Positions 23,600-35,199 of a stretch of DNA of 43,834 nt are shown in pieces. The stretch is from Octopus bimaculoides (Eukaryota): positions 54,407,626 to 54,451,459 of the forward strand of contig NC_068990.1 in the NCBI RefSeq assembly GCF_001194135.2, read 5' to 3'. Every line of letters starts with the position of its first letter. Position 1 is the first letter of the stretch. Made by a program: the position numbers and the translations under genes. Under the pieces are notes generated by a model. The model did not search any database. It was not told where the DNA came from and saw nothing but the letters and a program-made list of their open reading frames with translations.

Positions 23600-23930
23600 G
23601 GTCAAATAGTTCAGAGGTTCACTTTGCAACCACTAGGTCCCAGGTTCAAAACCACTGCATGGCATCTTGAACAGATGGCATTTTCTATAGCCTTGTGTCG
23701 ATCCATACATTGTGTGTGAAATGGGTAGATGGAAACTATATAAAAGCCCATGGGGGTGGGTTACACCTGTAATTTAAAGGGCACAGCTTTGTCACACACT
23801 GTGTCATGCTCATTCTGCATCAGAATTACTTCAAGGATATGTGCATGTCTGTAGAATACTCAGCCACTTCTATTTTAATTCAGGAGCAGGAAATTCAGTT
23901 GGCAAATGATGGAGATTCACCATTTTCTGT
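23600..23930 (+). mobile_element. tRNA/CORE-like SINE with a family C head but a different 3' module
   Basis: caaccactaggtcccaggttcaaaaccactgcatggcatcttg...gtagatggaaact...aaagccc is homologous to the 18850-18985 head. The downstream cacactgtgtcatgct...ctcagccactt is unlike the family C tail. Confidence 0.6.
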
Positions 23931-24639
23931 TTAACTTCTGGTCATCCTTGATCAAGCAAACCTCTAATAAAAGGCATTCAAACCATAAGACTCCACTTCC
24001 ACTTGCTATCTTTTCCTAAGCATCTTATTATGTTTATAATGTTGGCATTTCATTAAGATCAATAAATTGTAATTTGAGGGAGAATTGGCTCTCTTGCTGG
24101 TCAAGCAACAACACAATGGCTCCTTCATTGGCTCATCCTATTTGGTGTTAAGCAAGGTGACACACCTAGAATTAAAACTGGGTTGGTGGACACAATAAGA
24201 GGAGGGCTTATCCCCACAACAAATCATAGTTTTACTAAGTAAAGCATCTCTCATGTAGAACCAGAATATCAAATATATGATATCACAAGCAGGGGTATAG
24301 CCAGTTAGTGGGAGTGAGCACATAAAAAAAAAAACACTGTGACATATACTAAACAATTTCTAACTCATTGATGATACATTCTATAAAAGGTACCAATTTT
24401 GAAAAAAGTGCTCAGGGGTAGCTATTGCTCTCCTTGCTCCCCAATAATTACACCACTGGTCACAAGTTGTTTCTTCCTCTCCTTTTTCCTATTTTGCTTT
24501 TAAATGTATTTATTGTCTGGTCATAGCAATCTTCAGGAATAACCCCTACCTCATGAAACCACTTCATTACACATGAGGGAATTTTCTCTTCATCTCCATT
24601 CCCCATATTTCCCCTCCTTCCTATTTCCCTCTCCTCGTA

Positions 24640-24810
24640 ACCATCTTTGAGGGGAAGGGGAAAGTCAATTACATCGATCCCAGTACTTGACTGGTTATTT
24701 ATTTTATCAATCCCAAAGTGATGAAAGACAAAGTTAATATCAGCAGGATTTGAAATGAAAATATAAAAAGGTGGAAGAAATTTCCTATGCATTTTGTTCA
24801 ACATGCTAAT
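24640..24810 (-). mobile_element. SINE family A copy
   Basis: aagtcaattacatcgatcccagtacttgactggtt...gatgaaagacaaagtt...catgctaatgatt. Confidence 0.75.
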
Positions 24811-24964
24811 GATTTGTTGCTGTTGTTGCTTTCTCTTCTACTTTGGTATATTCCCAACTACTAGGTGTGAGAAGAATTCAAGGATATATTTAATAGTTTA
24901 ATAAAGCCAAATGTATTTTAACAAAAATTTATGCACATGTTCTTGATATGCTTTCTTATAAGAT

Positions 24965-25570
24965 TATTTTATGAATCGATCTTCAGCTTCAATGACTGCT
25001 TCAGTGCAAAACTGAAATCATCGACATGTCTTCACTAAATGGTCTTTATTCATTTTGGTCATCACCTGGACAATAGCAGTCTTCAGTGAAGTTATGGTAT
25101 TGTGAAGATATTGATTAGTCTCCCTTACAATAACATTCCAAACATAACAGTCCATGAGATTTAAAGCTGCCAAGTTTGAAGGCCATAAGTTTGGTGCTAT
25201 ATGATCATAAAGATTGTCTGACATCTGTCCTGGGGTTACATGGACTTTTTGAGAAAGTGCTGAATCTTGTTGAAATACATATGGCCTTCCACTGCATACT
25301 TCATCCACCTTGGGCTTAACAACTGTCATCTGCACCTTAACACATCCAACAACATTAATTCTAAGTTGTTGACCCCTGATTTAAATGTTTCTGCCTCTAA
25401 AATTTGTGGTCTGATTAGAAACATGACAAGAAGGGATGCAAAACATGGCAGTGGTCCCTTGATGCAACTGTTATAAGGGCTGATGAATTTCCTCTGGCTT
25501 ATCATGTCTGTCAACCCATTAGCACCCATGGTCTGTTTTTTAGGACCAGAAGAGTAATCCATCGTATTTC
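24965..25570 (-). mobile_element. Tc1/mariner superfamily (maT/DD37D-like) transposase fragment
   Basis: GRPYVFQQDSA...LWPSNLAALNLMDCYVWNVIVRETN...LKTAIVQVM...AVIEAEDRFI, the catalytic C-terminal region. Confidence 0.75.
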
Positions 25571-25981
25571 TGCATTTTTCTGAGATATCTTTAGTTAATT
25601 ATCAAGACTGGAGTGTCTTTCAAATATTGTAATATAATTTTTTTATATATTTAGTATCAGATAAAGTTGTATAAAAAAAGAATTTTGGTAATAAGTTAAA
25701 TAAAAGAGATTTGGGCACTAATGGGTTAATTAAGGTGGAGGCAACAAAAGTGTCTTTGCCCCTGGATGCTGAGAATTCTGGCTCTGCCTCTAGGCGTGAT
25801 ACCTATGATTATTGTTGTTATTCAGGGCAATGAGTGATGGAATAGGTAATGCATTTAGGTAATGTCATTCAGTTATGAATCTATTTGTTCTGAGTTCAAA
25901 CCCTAACAAAGTCAGTATTACCTGTTGCCTTTCCTGTGGTGGTAAAATAAAGTGCCAGTCAAATACTAAGGACAATTTAAT

Positions 25982-26150
25982 CATCATCATCATCACCGCC
26001 ACCACCACCACCACCATCATCATCATCGTCATTTAACGTCCGCTTTCCATGCTGGCATAAGTTAGACTGAAACCGATAAGCCAAAGAGCTGCACCAGGTT
26101 CCAGTCTGATTTGGCATGGTTTCTATGGCTGGGTACCCTTCCTAATGCAA
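25982..26150 (-). mobile_element. Family B short retroposon about 75 bp upstream of the P4HA-like start codon
   Basis: (CAT)n...catttaacgtccgctttccatgctggc...ggctgggtacccttcctaatgc, the reverse complement of 40190-40367. Confidence 0.85.
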
Positions 26151-26225
26151 TCATCTATATCCTCCCAAAAATTTGTGACCTCATGTTAATGTTTGAATTT
26201 ATTATTATCTACCTCTAGTATCAAA

Positions 26226-26467
26226 ATGGATATGATGCAACTGTTGAAGGTTGCCACTGTAATTACAGCTGCTCTTTTAGTATGGAGTTGTGATAATGTT
26301 TCTGCCAATTACCTGAAACGGACCAGCAACACAGCTCTTTCTTCTTACATAAATTTAGAACAACAATTTTCTTTAGAATCAGAAATCATCAGTTTAATGC
26401 AAACGCTGCAAAAAGAAGAGATGCGAGCAAAAAAAGAAACAGAATTAGATTTAAATGAAATAGAAAT
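26226..26467 (+). CDS. P4HA: Prolyl 4-hydroxylase alpha-like gene, coding exon 1 (signal peptide and start of the N-terminal helical domain)
   Basis: ATG at 26226 gives MDMMQLLKVATVITAALLVWSCDNVSA (hydrophobic signal-peptide-like), then NYLKRTSNTALSSYINLEQQFSLESEIISL. Strong donor AT|GTAAGT at 26468, phase 2. Joins exon 2 in frame (AT+T = Ile). The symbol denotes the family; this is a divergent paralogue. Confidence 0.85.
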
Positions 26468-27246
26468 GTAAGTATTTCTTGTTTTAATTTTTATTTTATT
26501 GCTTTGAGGTTTCTGCTACCAGTAAGATATGTTCCATATTTACTCATGTATGAATCTAACATGTGTATAAGTCACATTCCAGTTTTTTCAGTTAAAATTA
26601 AGTACATGGTAGTGTGATACATACATGAATAAATATGGTGTTTATTATGAATTTACTACACAAACATACTCATATGTAGAGATGATTCATTTAGGTGAGG
26701 AAACTATTGTACTTAGAATTTATAGGCTACAGAGTTGTATTTAACTGGAAACTGACCTGATTTGTGGCTGTATGTTAAAACTGAAGTAATTACATGATTT
26801 AAAAGTAATTTTAGCAATCTAAACACTGCTAGATTTTCTTTGTGTTTATTTCCGAATTACAATAGGAGTGTTTCATTGATCAGATTGCAATGGAGTGACA
26901 AAATTTTAGAAATTTCAATAAAATGTAAATTCAATAGATTTTGTTAGTTAGTTACAATAGCTCTGCCATGATGTGATTGCTTATTAATTCAATATTGATA
27001 TATAAATTCTATACTGAGATGTAGTTGATTTAACTGTGGTGAACAAGTTAACAGCTCTGAAAATGTCATCTGCAATAGGTAAGAATACTGCCTGGAAAAA
27101 AGAACATCATACTTAGAGCTAATAATATGTTTTATGAGCTCCTGATGCTTGTATAGGAAACAGCTCAATGCAAAATAGAATCATCTTTAATTTAATTGAA
27201 AAGATGTGTTAATTATAAGACTTCATTTATTTTTGTTTCTTTTCAG

Positions 27247-27404
27247 TCAAGTTAATCAATCCAAAACTATCCATAGAGCTGTTGGCACTGATCTTGAAGA
27301 ATATCTTAACCATCCTTTTAATGCTTTCCATTTAATAAAACGGCTTTATTATCAATGGCTAAAGATCTTTAATAAAATTCTGGTGAAGAAAATTCAACAC
27401 AAAG
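27247..27404 (+). CDS. P4HA: Prolyl 4-hydroxylase alpha-like gene, coding exon 2
   Basis: Polypyrimidine acceptor ttttgtttcttttcag at 27246. Encodes QVNQSKTIHRAVGTDLEEYLNHPFNAFHLIKRLYYQW, matching the P4HA N-domain motif D-P-E-x-F/Y-x-x-H-P-x-N-A-F-x-L-x-K-R-L-x-x-x-W. Donor G|GTTTGT at 27405, phase 1. Confidence 0.92.
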
Positions 27405-27504
27405 GTTTGTGTGCAGAATTAATTTTCTTTTTGTTCTATTTATGGTTTCCTTTTTTGCTGTTCTATTTATGTTTTTCTTTCAGAGTAAATCGTTTTATAT
27501 ATAC

Positions 27505-29990
27505 TACATAAACTCAACCGCACAGGGGGCCCAAACTCAAAGCAAAATTTAGGTCATGGGCCAAACAGGGCAAACACTTATTGAATAGACTAAAACTTTT
27601 TGAACATGAACATGTATTGAAACAGATGGTATATAATTTTACTCCAACTACAAATTAACTTAATTACTTCAAATATTTTGCTCTGCATAAAAATATCTTC
27701 CATCAAAATTATAAAAATTTAAAATAAGAACATGTTGCAAAAAAAAAAATTTAAAAAAATAAATAAAAACTATGCTTTTTAGTGAAAATTAAAATAATAA
27801 ATCAAAACTTTCAATTTTCTTTATGCAAATTTGTCCAAGCTACATACTTGGCATCTTTTCTTGGCAACAAGTTCACTGATGTTTGGGGCAAGGTTCTGTG
27901 TTGTTGAGACTCTCAGGATGGATTGCAGGTGTTGATCTGTGAGACAACTCCTATGTGACATTTTATTCATCTTCATCACAGAGAACAGCTGCTTGCATGG
28001 ATATGTGCTTCCAAACAAAGATAGCATTCAAGCTGTATGTAAATGGAGTTGGGGCATTCAGGTATGAAGCGAGTGAACTGTGCAGGCCCCACAGATTCAT
28101 ACTTTGTTTTTAATGCCCCATTACACTGCAATTCTATCAGCTCCATTTGAATCTGTACAGGTGCAGTTTCCTCATTGATGGCAAATGGGTTGCAAAGCAG
28201 CTCGAAATGATTTTTCTGTGCTTGAAAGTCACTAAAATGCCGTGCAAATTCTGTGCAGAGTGCACTCAATTTATCAGCAAAGAGTTGCCTTGGGAACACC
28301 ATAACACTAACTTGGCTCAATATTACTTGGCAACAGAGAAGGTGAGACAAGTTCAATTGATGCATATGCGTCTCCCATATGCACAGCTTCACTTGAAATG
28401 CCTTCACTGCATCATACATATCACAGATCATGTGATCCTGTCCCTGGAGCTGGATATTTAAAACATTGAGATGCACAGTTATATCAACCAGAAACACCAG
28501 CTCACATTCCCACTTTTCATCCCGCCGAACTTTAGATTATTTTCCTTTACTGTCCATGAACTGACATATCTCCTCAACCAGCTCAAAAACTATATTGTGG
28601 ATCTTTCCCCAACCGAGCCACTGTACCTCTGTATGATAAGGCATGTAATCGAACTCTAAGTGTATTTCCCACAGGAAAGACTGAAATTGGTGGTGATTTA
28701 ACCCTTTGGCTCGGATAAAGTTTATGGTTTATGTTACAGCACTCATTACATGTTCCATTTTTAAGGCTTTAGTGCACAGTATTTCCTGGTGTTTGATGCA
28801 GAGATATGTTGTCAACTCACCAGCACAGTTCTCTTCTTGCATCTTTAAAAGTATCCTACACACCAGTCCACTTTTTTCACCACACATCGCTGGTGCTCTA
28901 TCTGTTGTAAGTTCAACAAGTTTATCCCAGGGCAGTTTCATGTTGGTTACACTCTGACATATTTTTTCAAAATGGTCTTTTCCTGTTGTTGTCTCATGCA
29001 TTGATTTAATGTACAAAATTTCCTCTATGACGAAGAAATTGGAGTCCACTCCAAGGATTAAGATAGCCAGGTGTGCCATATCAGTCATGTCAGTAGTCTC
29101 ATCCACAGCAAGAGAGTATGTGAGAAAATCTTTCCCTTTTTCAATCAGCTGTGTTTTTAAATCAGTGGCCATCTCACACACCCAATCAGCAACTGTATTT
29201 CTGCTAATACTCACATTAGCAAACAGTTGCTTCTTGTCTGAATACAAAACATTATACATTTTCATCATGCAGCGCTTCACAAACTCTCCTTCAATAAATG
29301 ACTGGGCTGATTTTGTGATCTCCTCTGCCACAATAAAACTTGCTTTAATAGCAGCTTCAGTTTGTGATTTTGCTTTGGTTAAAAATGTCTGTTGTAATGT
29401 GAGATTCCTCTCCAACTCATCTACCATTCGTTACTTCTGCTCAGCAGTGAGGTATTTATACTTGTCCTGATGTTTTGTCTTGTAGTGGCGTTTGAAATTA
29501 TACTCTTTAAGTACAACAATATTTGCACCACAATTAAGGCACACAGGTTTGCCATCAATGTCAGTAAACATGTACTCGGTTTCCCACCAGATTTGAAAGG
29601 CTCTGTTTTCAGCATCAACTTTTCTCTTGGTCATTGATACAGATAGCTACTACTACTGAATTATGTCGCATGAAAGTGCTACCCAAACGAGCGGTATGGT
29701 GGCTGGTACAGTGCATTATGAGACTTGTAGATTTTGTGTCACCAGCACTTCACAACACACGATTAGAGAATCAAAGGCATTTCCCAGCATGCTTTGTTGC
29801 AGTTACAATTAAAACTTGTGACTGTGTTATCATGCCACTTTAATGTGTTTTTTATACAGACAGGGTGTAATAGTTACAGTGGTGTTGTTTCTAGTCATGT
29901 ATTAAATTAATGTTACTTTTGGTGTGACCGTTAGTAAGAAAGGTAGTGCAGTCAGTGCTATATATAACGTAATGGCCTGCTTTAGCCACA
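27505..29990 (-). mobile_element. hAT DNA transposon (SPIN/GTF2IRD2-type) in intron 2 of the P4HA-like gene
   Basis: Complete-length transposase pseudogene at 27821-29634. Termini are degraded; boundaries approximate. Confidence 0.8.
27821..29634 (-). pseudogene. SPIN/GTF2IRD2-type hAT transposase pseudogene
   Basis: MTKRKVDAENRAF, BED-like CLNC...LKEYNFKRHYKTKH, SLAVDETTD, LTTDRAPAM, HTEVQW, LNVLNIQLQG, MELIELQC, FGSTYPCKQLFSVMKMNK, RCQVCS. Several stops and frameshifts. Confidence 0.93.
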
Positions 29991-30309
29991 CATCATGTAT
30001 GTGTAGTTGTAACAAGAATGCATGAGTGTTGCTGAGGGCAGCAAAGTACTCTATTTGCTGATGCCGGCATTTGGACCAATTTCATGCTGATATCAAAATG
30101 GTCCTGCACGTTAGATGAAATTGCTGCACGGGTCGATGACAAATAACTTTGGAAGTATACTTTTGCCACCATGCGTGATATCAAGAAATATGGTATGCAT
30201 ACAATAATTATAATTTAACATTTACCAAACTTCTTGGAGGTTTATACAAAATGATGAAATGAATATGGATTTCTAAAAAGTAGAATATTTATTAACTTAG
30301 AATAATAAG

Positions 30310-30525
30310 GTTTCAAATTATGGTTCAAGGCCAGCAATTTTTGTTTTGTGGGGGAGGGTAAGTCAATTGCTTCGACCCCAGTGCTCAACTGGTACTTATT
30401 TTATCAATCCCCAAAAGGATGAAAGGCAAAGTCGACCTCAGGAGAATTTGAACTCAGAATGTAAGGATGGACAAAATGCCATGAAGCATTTTGCCCAGCA
30501 TGCTAATGATTCTGCCTGCTCACAA
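30310..30525 (-). mobile_element. SINE family A copy (left arm of the fold-back duplication)
   Basis: Full family A motifs; shares private substitutions with 30990-31159. Confidence 0.9.
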
Positions 30526-30541
30526 ACTTATTTAATGTAGA

Positions 30542-30546
<5 letters not shown>

Positions 30547-30612
<66 letters not shown>

Positions 30613-30913
30613 NNNNNNNNNNNNNNNNNNNNNNNNNNNNNNNNNNNNNNNNNNNNNNNNNNNNNNNNNNNNNNNNNNNNNNNNNNNNNNNNNNNNNNNN
30701 NNNNNNNNNNNNNNNNNNNNNNNNNNNNNNNNNNNNNNNNNNNNNNNNNNNNNNNNNNNNNNNNNNNNNNNNNNNNNNNNNNNNNNNNNNNNNNNNNNNN
30801 NNNNNNNNNNNNNNNNNNNNNNNNNNNNNNNNNNNNNNNNNNNNNNNNNNNNNNNNNNNNNNNNNNNNNNNNNNNNNNNNNNNNNNNNNNNNNNNNNNNN
30901 NNNNNNNNNNNNN

Positions 30914-30963
<50 letters not shown>
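30547..30963. repeat. (CT)n(AT)n - gap - (TA)n(GA)n: self-complementary microsatellite at the centre of the palindrome
   Basis: The left and right tracts are reverse complements of each other around about 300 N. Confidence 0.92.
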
Positions 30964-30967
<4 letters not shown>

Positions 30968-30989
30968 TTATTCTAAGTTAATTAAGTTT

Positions 30990-31159
30990 GTGAATTGGTG
31001 GAATCGTTAGCATGCTGGGCAAAATGCTTCATGGCATTTTGTCCATCCTTACATTCTGGGTTCAAATTCTCTTGAGGTCGACTTTGCCTTTTATCCTTTT
31101 GGGAGTTGATAAAATAAGAACCAGTTGAGCACTGAGGTCGATGCAATTGACTTACCCTC
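30990..31159 (+). mobile_element. SINE family A copy (right arm of the fold-back duplication)
   Basis: Reverse complement of the left copy, including its unique flank cacaaactta..tagaataatc. Confidence 0.9.
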
Positions 31160-31163
31160 TAAA

Positions 31164-31419
31164 GTGAAAAAAGTGAACTGGTGTGTAGGATACTTTTAAA
31201 GATGCAAGAAGAGAACTGTGCTGATGAGTTGGCAACATATCTCTGCATCAAACACCAGGAAACGCTGTACGCTAAAGCCTTAAAAATGGAACATGTAATG
31301 AGCACTGTAACATAAACCATAAACTTTATCTGAGCCAAAGGGTTAAATCACCACCAATTTCAGTCTTTCCTGTGGGAAATACATTTAGAGTTCGATGACA
31401 TGCCTTATCATACAGAGGT
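31164..31419 (+). pseudogene. Duplicated internal fragment of the SPIN-type hAT transposase (inverted copy of 28625-28880)
   Basis: Reverse complement of 28625-28880 with about 12 mismatches in 256 bp by hand count. It shares the same premature stop (V-T-stop-T-I). Confidence 0.92.
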
Positions 31420-31431
31420 GCACTTGACATC

Positions 31432-31592
31432 CGATGTTGCTGTGTTTAGCAGTTTGGCAAAAGATACCGATAGAATAAGTACTACACTTACAAAGAATAA
31501 ATCCTGGGGTTGATTTCTTCAACTAAAGGCAGTGCTCCAGCATGGTCACAGTTACATGACTGAAACAAGTAATACAATAAAAAACTATGCCG
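31432..31592 (+). mobile_element. Family C SINE 3' fragment
   Basis: ttagcagtttggcaaaagataccgatagaataagtact...aaggcagtgctccagcatggtcacagttacatgactgaaacaagtaa. Confidence 0.8.
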
Positions 31593-32599
31593 TTCTGCTA
31601 GTACTAAATGAAAGAAAATCCTCCAATAACTATGTTATCATTTACTCCCTCTTCTCCTTTTTTATCTCTCATTGTGTGTGTAGCATTCCTTTGTTCATTG
31701 CCTGCCACCAAGCCTGGTATGTGTATTCATCCTGCACCTCTTATATTAACTCATTGGGTATCTTTCTTTTACTCTCTCTCCCCCTCTTTATAGGATGTAA
31801 AGCTTGACTTGAGAAATCAACCAACCATATTTACATCAGCTACACACACACACACACACTCACATGTTTGCCTATTCACTTACCAGGCTCTGCTTCTGCA
31901 CCCAATCTGTCCCCTGTTAAATCTTCTCCACCTCTCATCTTCCTAACACCCATCCTTCCATTCTTCTAACTATGACTCAATTCAGCTGCTGTAATTATTA
32001 GAGCAGAATACACACATATTTCATTACCCCTTTGTGCTACCAGTTACATCCCGCCTCCTTGGAATCACTTCCTTTCAAAATCTATCCCTCATACTCAACA
32101 TCATCCCTTCTTACCAAATTTTCCACTAATCACCCCTTTCTGTGTGCCTCCTTGAGATATATCTGATGACTGTCATTACATTATCTTTAACACTCTTTCT
32201 TAACTGCTATCATTCTCATCACCCTGGTATATCTGCCATTGACAACCTCCTCCTCACCTTTGCCCCTTGCTCACTATAGCCACCCCAATGTACCTCTGAC
32301 ATCCATCTCTGTCACTGTGTCCCTCTCTCTTTTTCTCTTTTGCCCCCAACTCTCCCACCCTGCTCATCATCTCTCTATTATACTCACCTTCTTGAGAGTA
32401 CAGACTGACATCTCATAACTGCCATCATTGTCTTTTTCCCATCCACTCCCACTCACACTTATATGATATGTGAGTTAACCACGTATCTCCTCTATAGCAT
32501 GACACCTACATCAATCCCTCTATCATAATTTAACCTTTCAGCAACTGGTATACAGTTCCTTCCTTCTCTACAACAAAACCACTCAATCAAAGCTCTTTT

Positions 32600-32822
32600 A
32601 TTTGTTTTGCAAATTACATGGTGACCTCACTGGAGCCAGCGTCACATAAAAAGCCCCCAATACACTTTGTACAGTGGTTGGTGTTAGAAAAGACATTCAA
32701 GTATAGAAATCACGCTAAAACAGGCACTGCAGTTCAATGCAGTCCTTGGGTTGTTGAATTTTGTCAACCATCCAACTGATGCAAACAGACATTAAATGAT
32801 ACTAATGATGATGATGATGATA
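32600..32822 (+). mobile_element. Family B short retroposon, degenerate
   Basis: gtggttggtgttagaaaagacattcaag...ccatccaac...cagacattaaatgat(gat)n. Confidence 0.7.
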
Positions 32823-32914
32823 ATTGCTCCAATGGGTGTGCAATGTAAGTGTGCTTGAATGTCATAGTATAAATGTGCTCAGAGAAAGACTAGGCACAAA
32901 AGGAATCAAATGTA

Positions 32915-33135
32915 GGCTGCAAGAAAAAAGACTGCACTGGCATGGACATGTGATGTGCATGGATGAGAACAGCTGTACAATGAAGTGCTAGTCACTAAAT
33001 GTGGCTGGAGCTTGTGGACAAGGAAGATCCTGGAAGACATGAGATGAAATAGTGAAGGCTGACTTCAGAATCCTGAGCCTCGAAGAGAAAATGACAAAAT
33101 ATCAGGATATTTGGTGATATAATGTTACATTAAAC
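32915..33135 (+). mobile_element. RTE-clade LINE 3' fragment
   Basis: RLHWHGHVMCMDENSC...GQGRSWKT*DEIVKAD resembles the RTE C-terminal RLRWxGHVxRM...RGRPRKTW motif. Confidence 0.7.
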
Positions 33136-33192
33136 CTGCCCCTCATGGTAAAACTGATTTCTGGAAGCACTGCATGGGTATATATTTATATA

Positions 33193-34474
33193 TGAGGGAT
33201 GTTCATTAAAGATTTCCCTTGATCCACTTCCCAAGGAAACTTGGCATAATTATTAATCCTTCTCTACATAGTCAGTACCAATGGTGATACACTTCTCCTA
33301 TTGCTTTATGCAGCTGTGACGACCTTGTCTGTAGAAGTCGATAAGTTGCATCTGGAGTCATGATTTTACCTTGGAAATAAGTTCATCATCATCTGAAAAG
33401 TGCTTCCCCTTCAAAAAAGACTTCATGGTTAGAAAGAGGTAGAAGTTAGATGGTGTGAGGTCAGGAGAGTAAGGGGGATGAGGAAGGATTTCATATCGGC
33501 AGGAGTGTGCTTTCATCTGGGTAACATGCGCATTGCGAACTGGGGAATTGTTTTGGAGGAGGCAGACTCCTTTGGTCTGTATGCCACACCTCTCTGCTTT
33601 GATGGCATCCCACAATTTCTGCAGCAGAGAAGCATAATATTCCCCATTAGTTGTGATGCCCTTTGTCAAAAAATCCATCATCATTACTCCAGGTTGGTCC
33701 CAAAAGACTGTGAGCATCACCTTGCCTGCTAAGGGTTGGACATGAGCCTTCTTTGGAGGTGGTGAGTTATCATGCTTCTACTGCTTCGACTGGACTTTAG
33801 TTTCAGGATCATAGTGATGGACCTGTGTGTCACCCTGTGTGATAAGTCTGCCAAAAAAGTCCTCCTCGTTTTCTTGGCACATTGCCAAAAGAGCCTGGGA
33901 GCAATTGACTTGTTCCTGCTTCTGAAAAGGTGTAAGCATCTGGGAAATCCATTGTGAAGACAACTTCTGCATGTGCAAATGGTTGTGAATGATTTTTTCT
34001 ATGCACCCTACACTTATCTTCACTTCATTGGCTAGTTGCCGAATAGTTATGTAATGATCCTCCAAAATGGTGGTTTCCACTTTATGGACGGTGTCGTCAT
34101 TAATGGTGGAATGTGGTTATCCAGGAAAAGGAGCAATTTCCACTGATGTCTGACTACATTTGAACTGGTGATGTCAGTGTTTGACTATGTCATATATGAT
34201 GGTGCATTGTCACCATAAACTTCTTTCATCTCATTAAAAGTCTCTTTTGGTGTATGACATTTCAAGTATAAGAACCTGATCACTGATCTACATTCAACTG
34301 CCTCCATTATAACACCTTAGTCCACTTCAGCAGCCGTAAAAGACAAATGAATACTAGTGGAAAGTTGAAATTTACAATATGCCATGTAGAGACGTGTATG
34401 ATTATATCTGTACAAGTTCTGTTTCTTGCAATAACTGGAAGTGAGTCAGGGGAAATCTTTAATGAACACCCCTT

Positions 34475-34475
<1 letters not shown>
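33193..34475 (-). mobile_element. Full-length mariner element (DD34D type, irritans/Himar-like), inactive
   Basis: About 30-bp TIRs (tgagggatgttcattaaagatttcccttga, and the reverse complement of tcaggggaaatctttaatgaacacccctta), TA on both flanks, 1283 bp. Transposase pieces ITIRQLA, WISQMLT, HHYDPETK, MLTVFWD, HPPYSPDL, LKGKHF. Confidence 0.93.
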
Positions 34476-34517
<42 letters not shown>

Positions 34518-35199
34518 CACACACACACACACACATATGCATATATGTGTGTAAAAGTATGTATGTATATCTATTTATCATTTGAACTATATATATATAG
34601 TAAATGAAAGACGGAAGATGAAAGATACGAGAATTTTTATTCATCACTACAATTGTTTTGACACATCTAGTATTGATCCCTCATGGGTTGGATTCTTGAC
34701 AACTGGTTCAGGAGCATTTGATGGTGAAGATGTGTCTCTTCGGGTGATAAACAGATATAACTTAAAATAACAGTTCCGCAATGTATCTCCTCATTTCATG
34801 TAAAGAAAAGCAGCAGATTAAAGAGTATATCTTCATTTATATAGAAGATCAATAATAACAGATGCAAAAAAAGAAATGAACATGTAATACAATGAGAAAA
34901 GTATTAAAAATAACCGTTAATGGATATGGATGTATAAATGCCTTCACGCAAGCTGCCTGGCACATGTACACTCACTCATACAAGCATCCACAAAGATGTA
35001 AGCATATGCATACATGTGGTTTGGTGCACACATGTTCACACAGCAAGTTAAATAACTACTAGGTGTTTATAAGAATGGGGTGGTTAAAGCCTAACTTAAT
35101 TCATCCATACCTTAAAGTAAATTATGTTAACAGTTCCTCAAATTCACTCCTACTGTATTGTGTGAAAGTACATTTATATGCACGTAGGCATCTTGACAG

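Noticed and set aside
24440-24600. Possible CR1-type LINE C-terminus (IPEDCYDQTINTFKSKIGK, minus strand)
   Set aside because: The resemblance is only about 20 residues; too short to support without a search.
31800-32590. Pyrimidine-rich stretch (similar one at 36020-36450) that might be an antisense TE ORF
   Set aside because: No RT, EN or transposase motif could be read; left unassigned.
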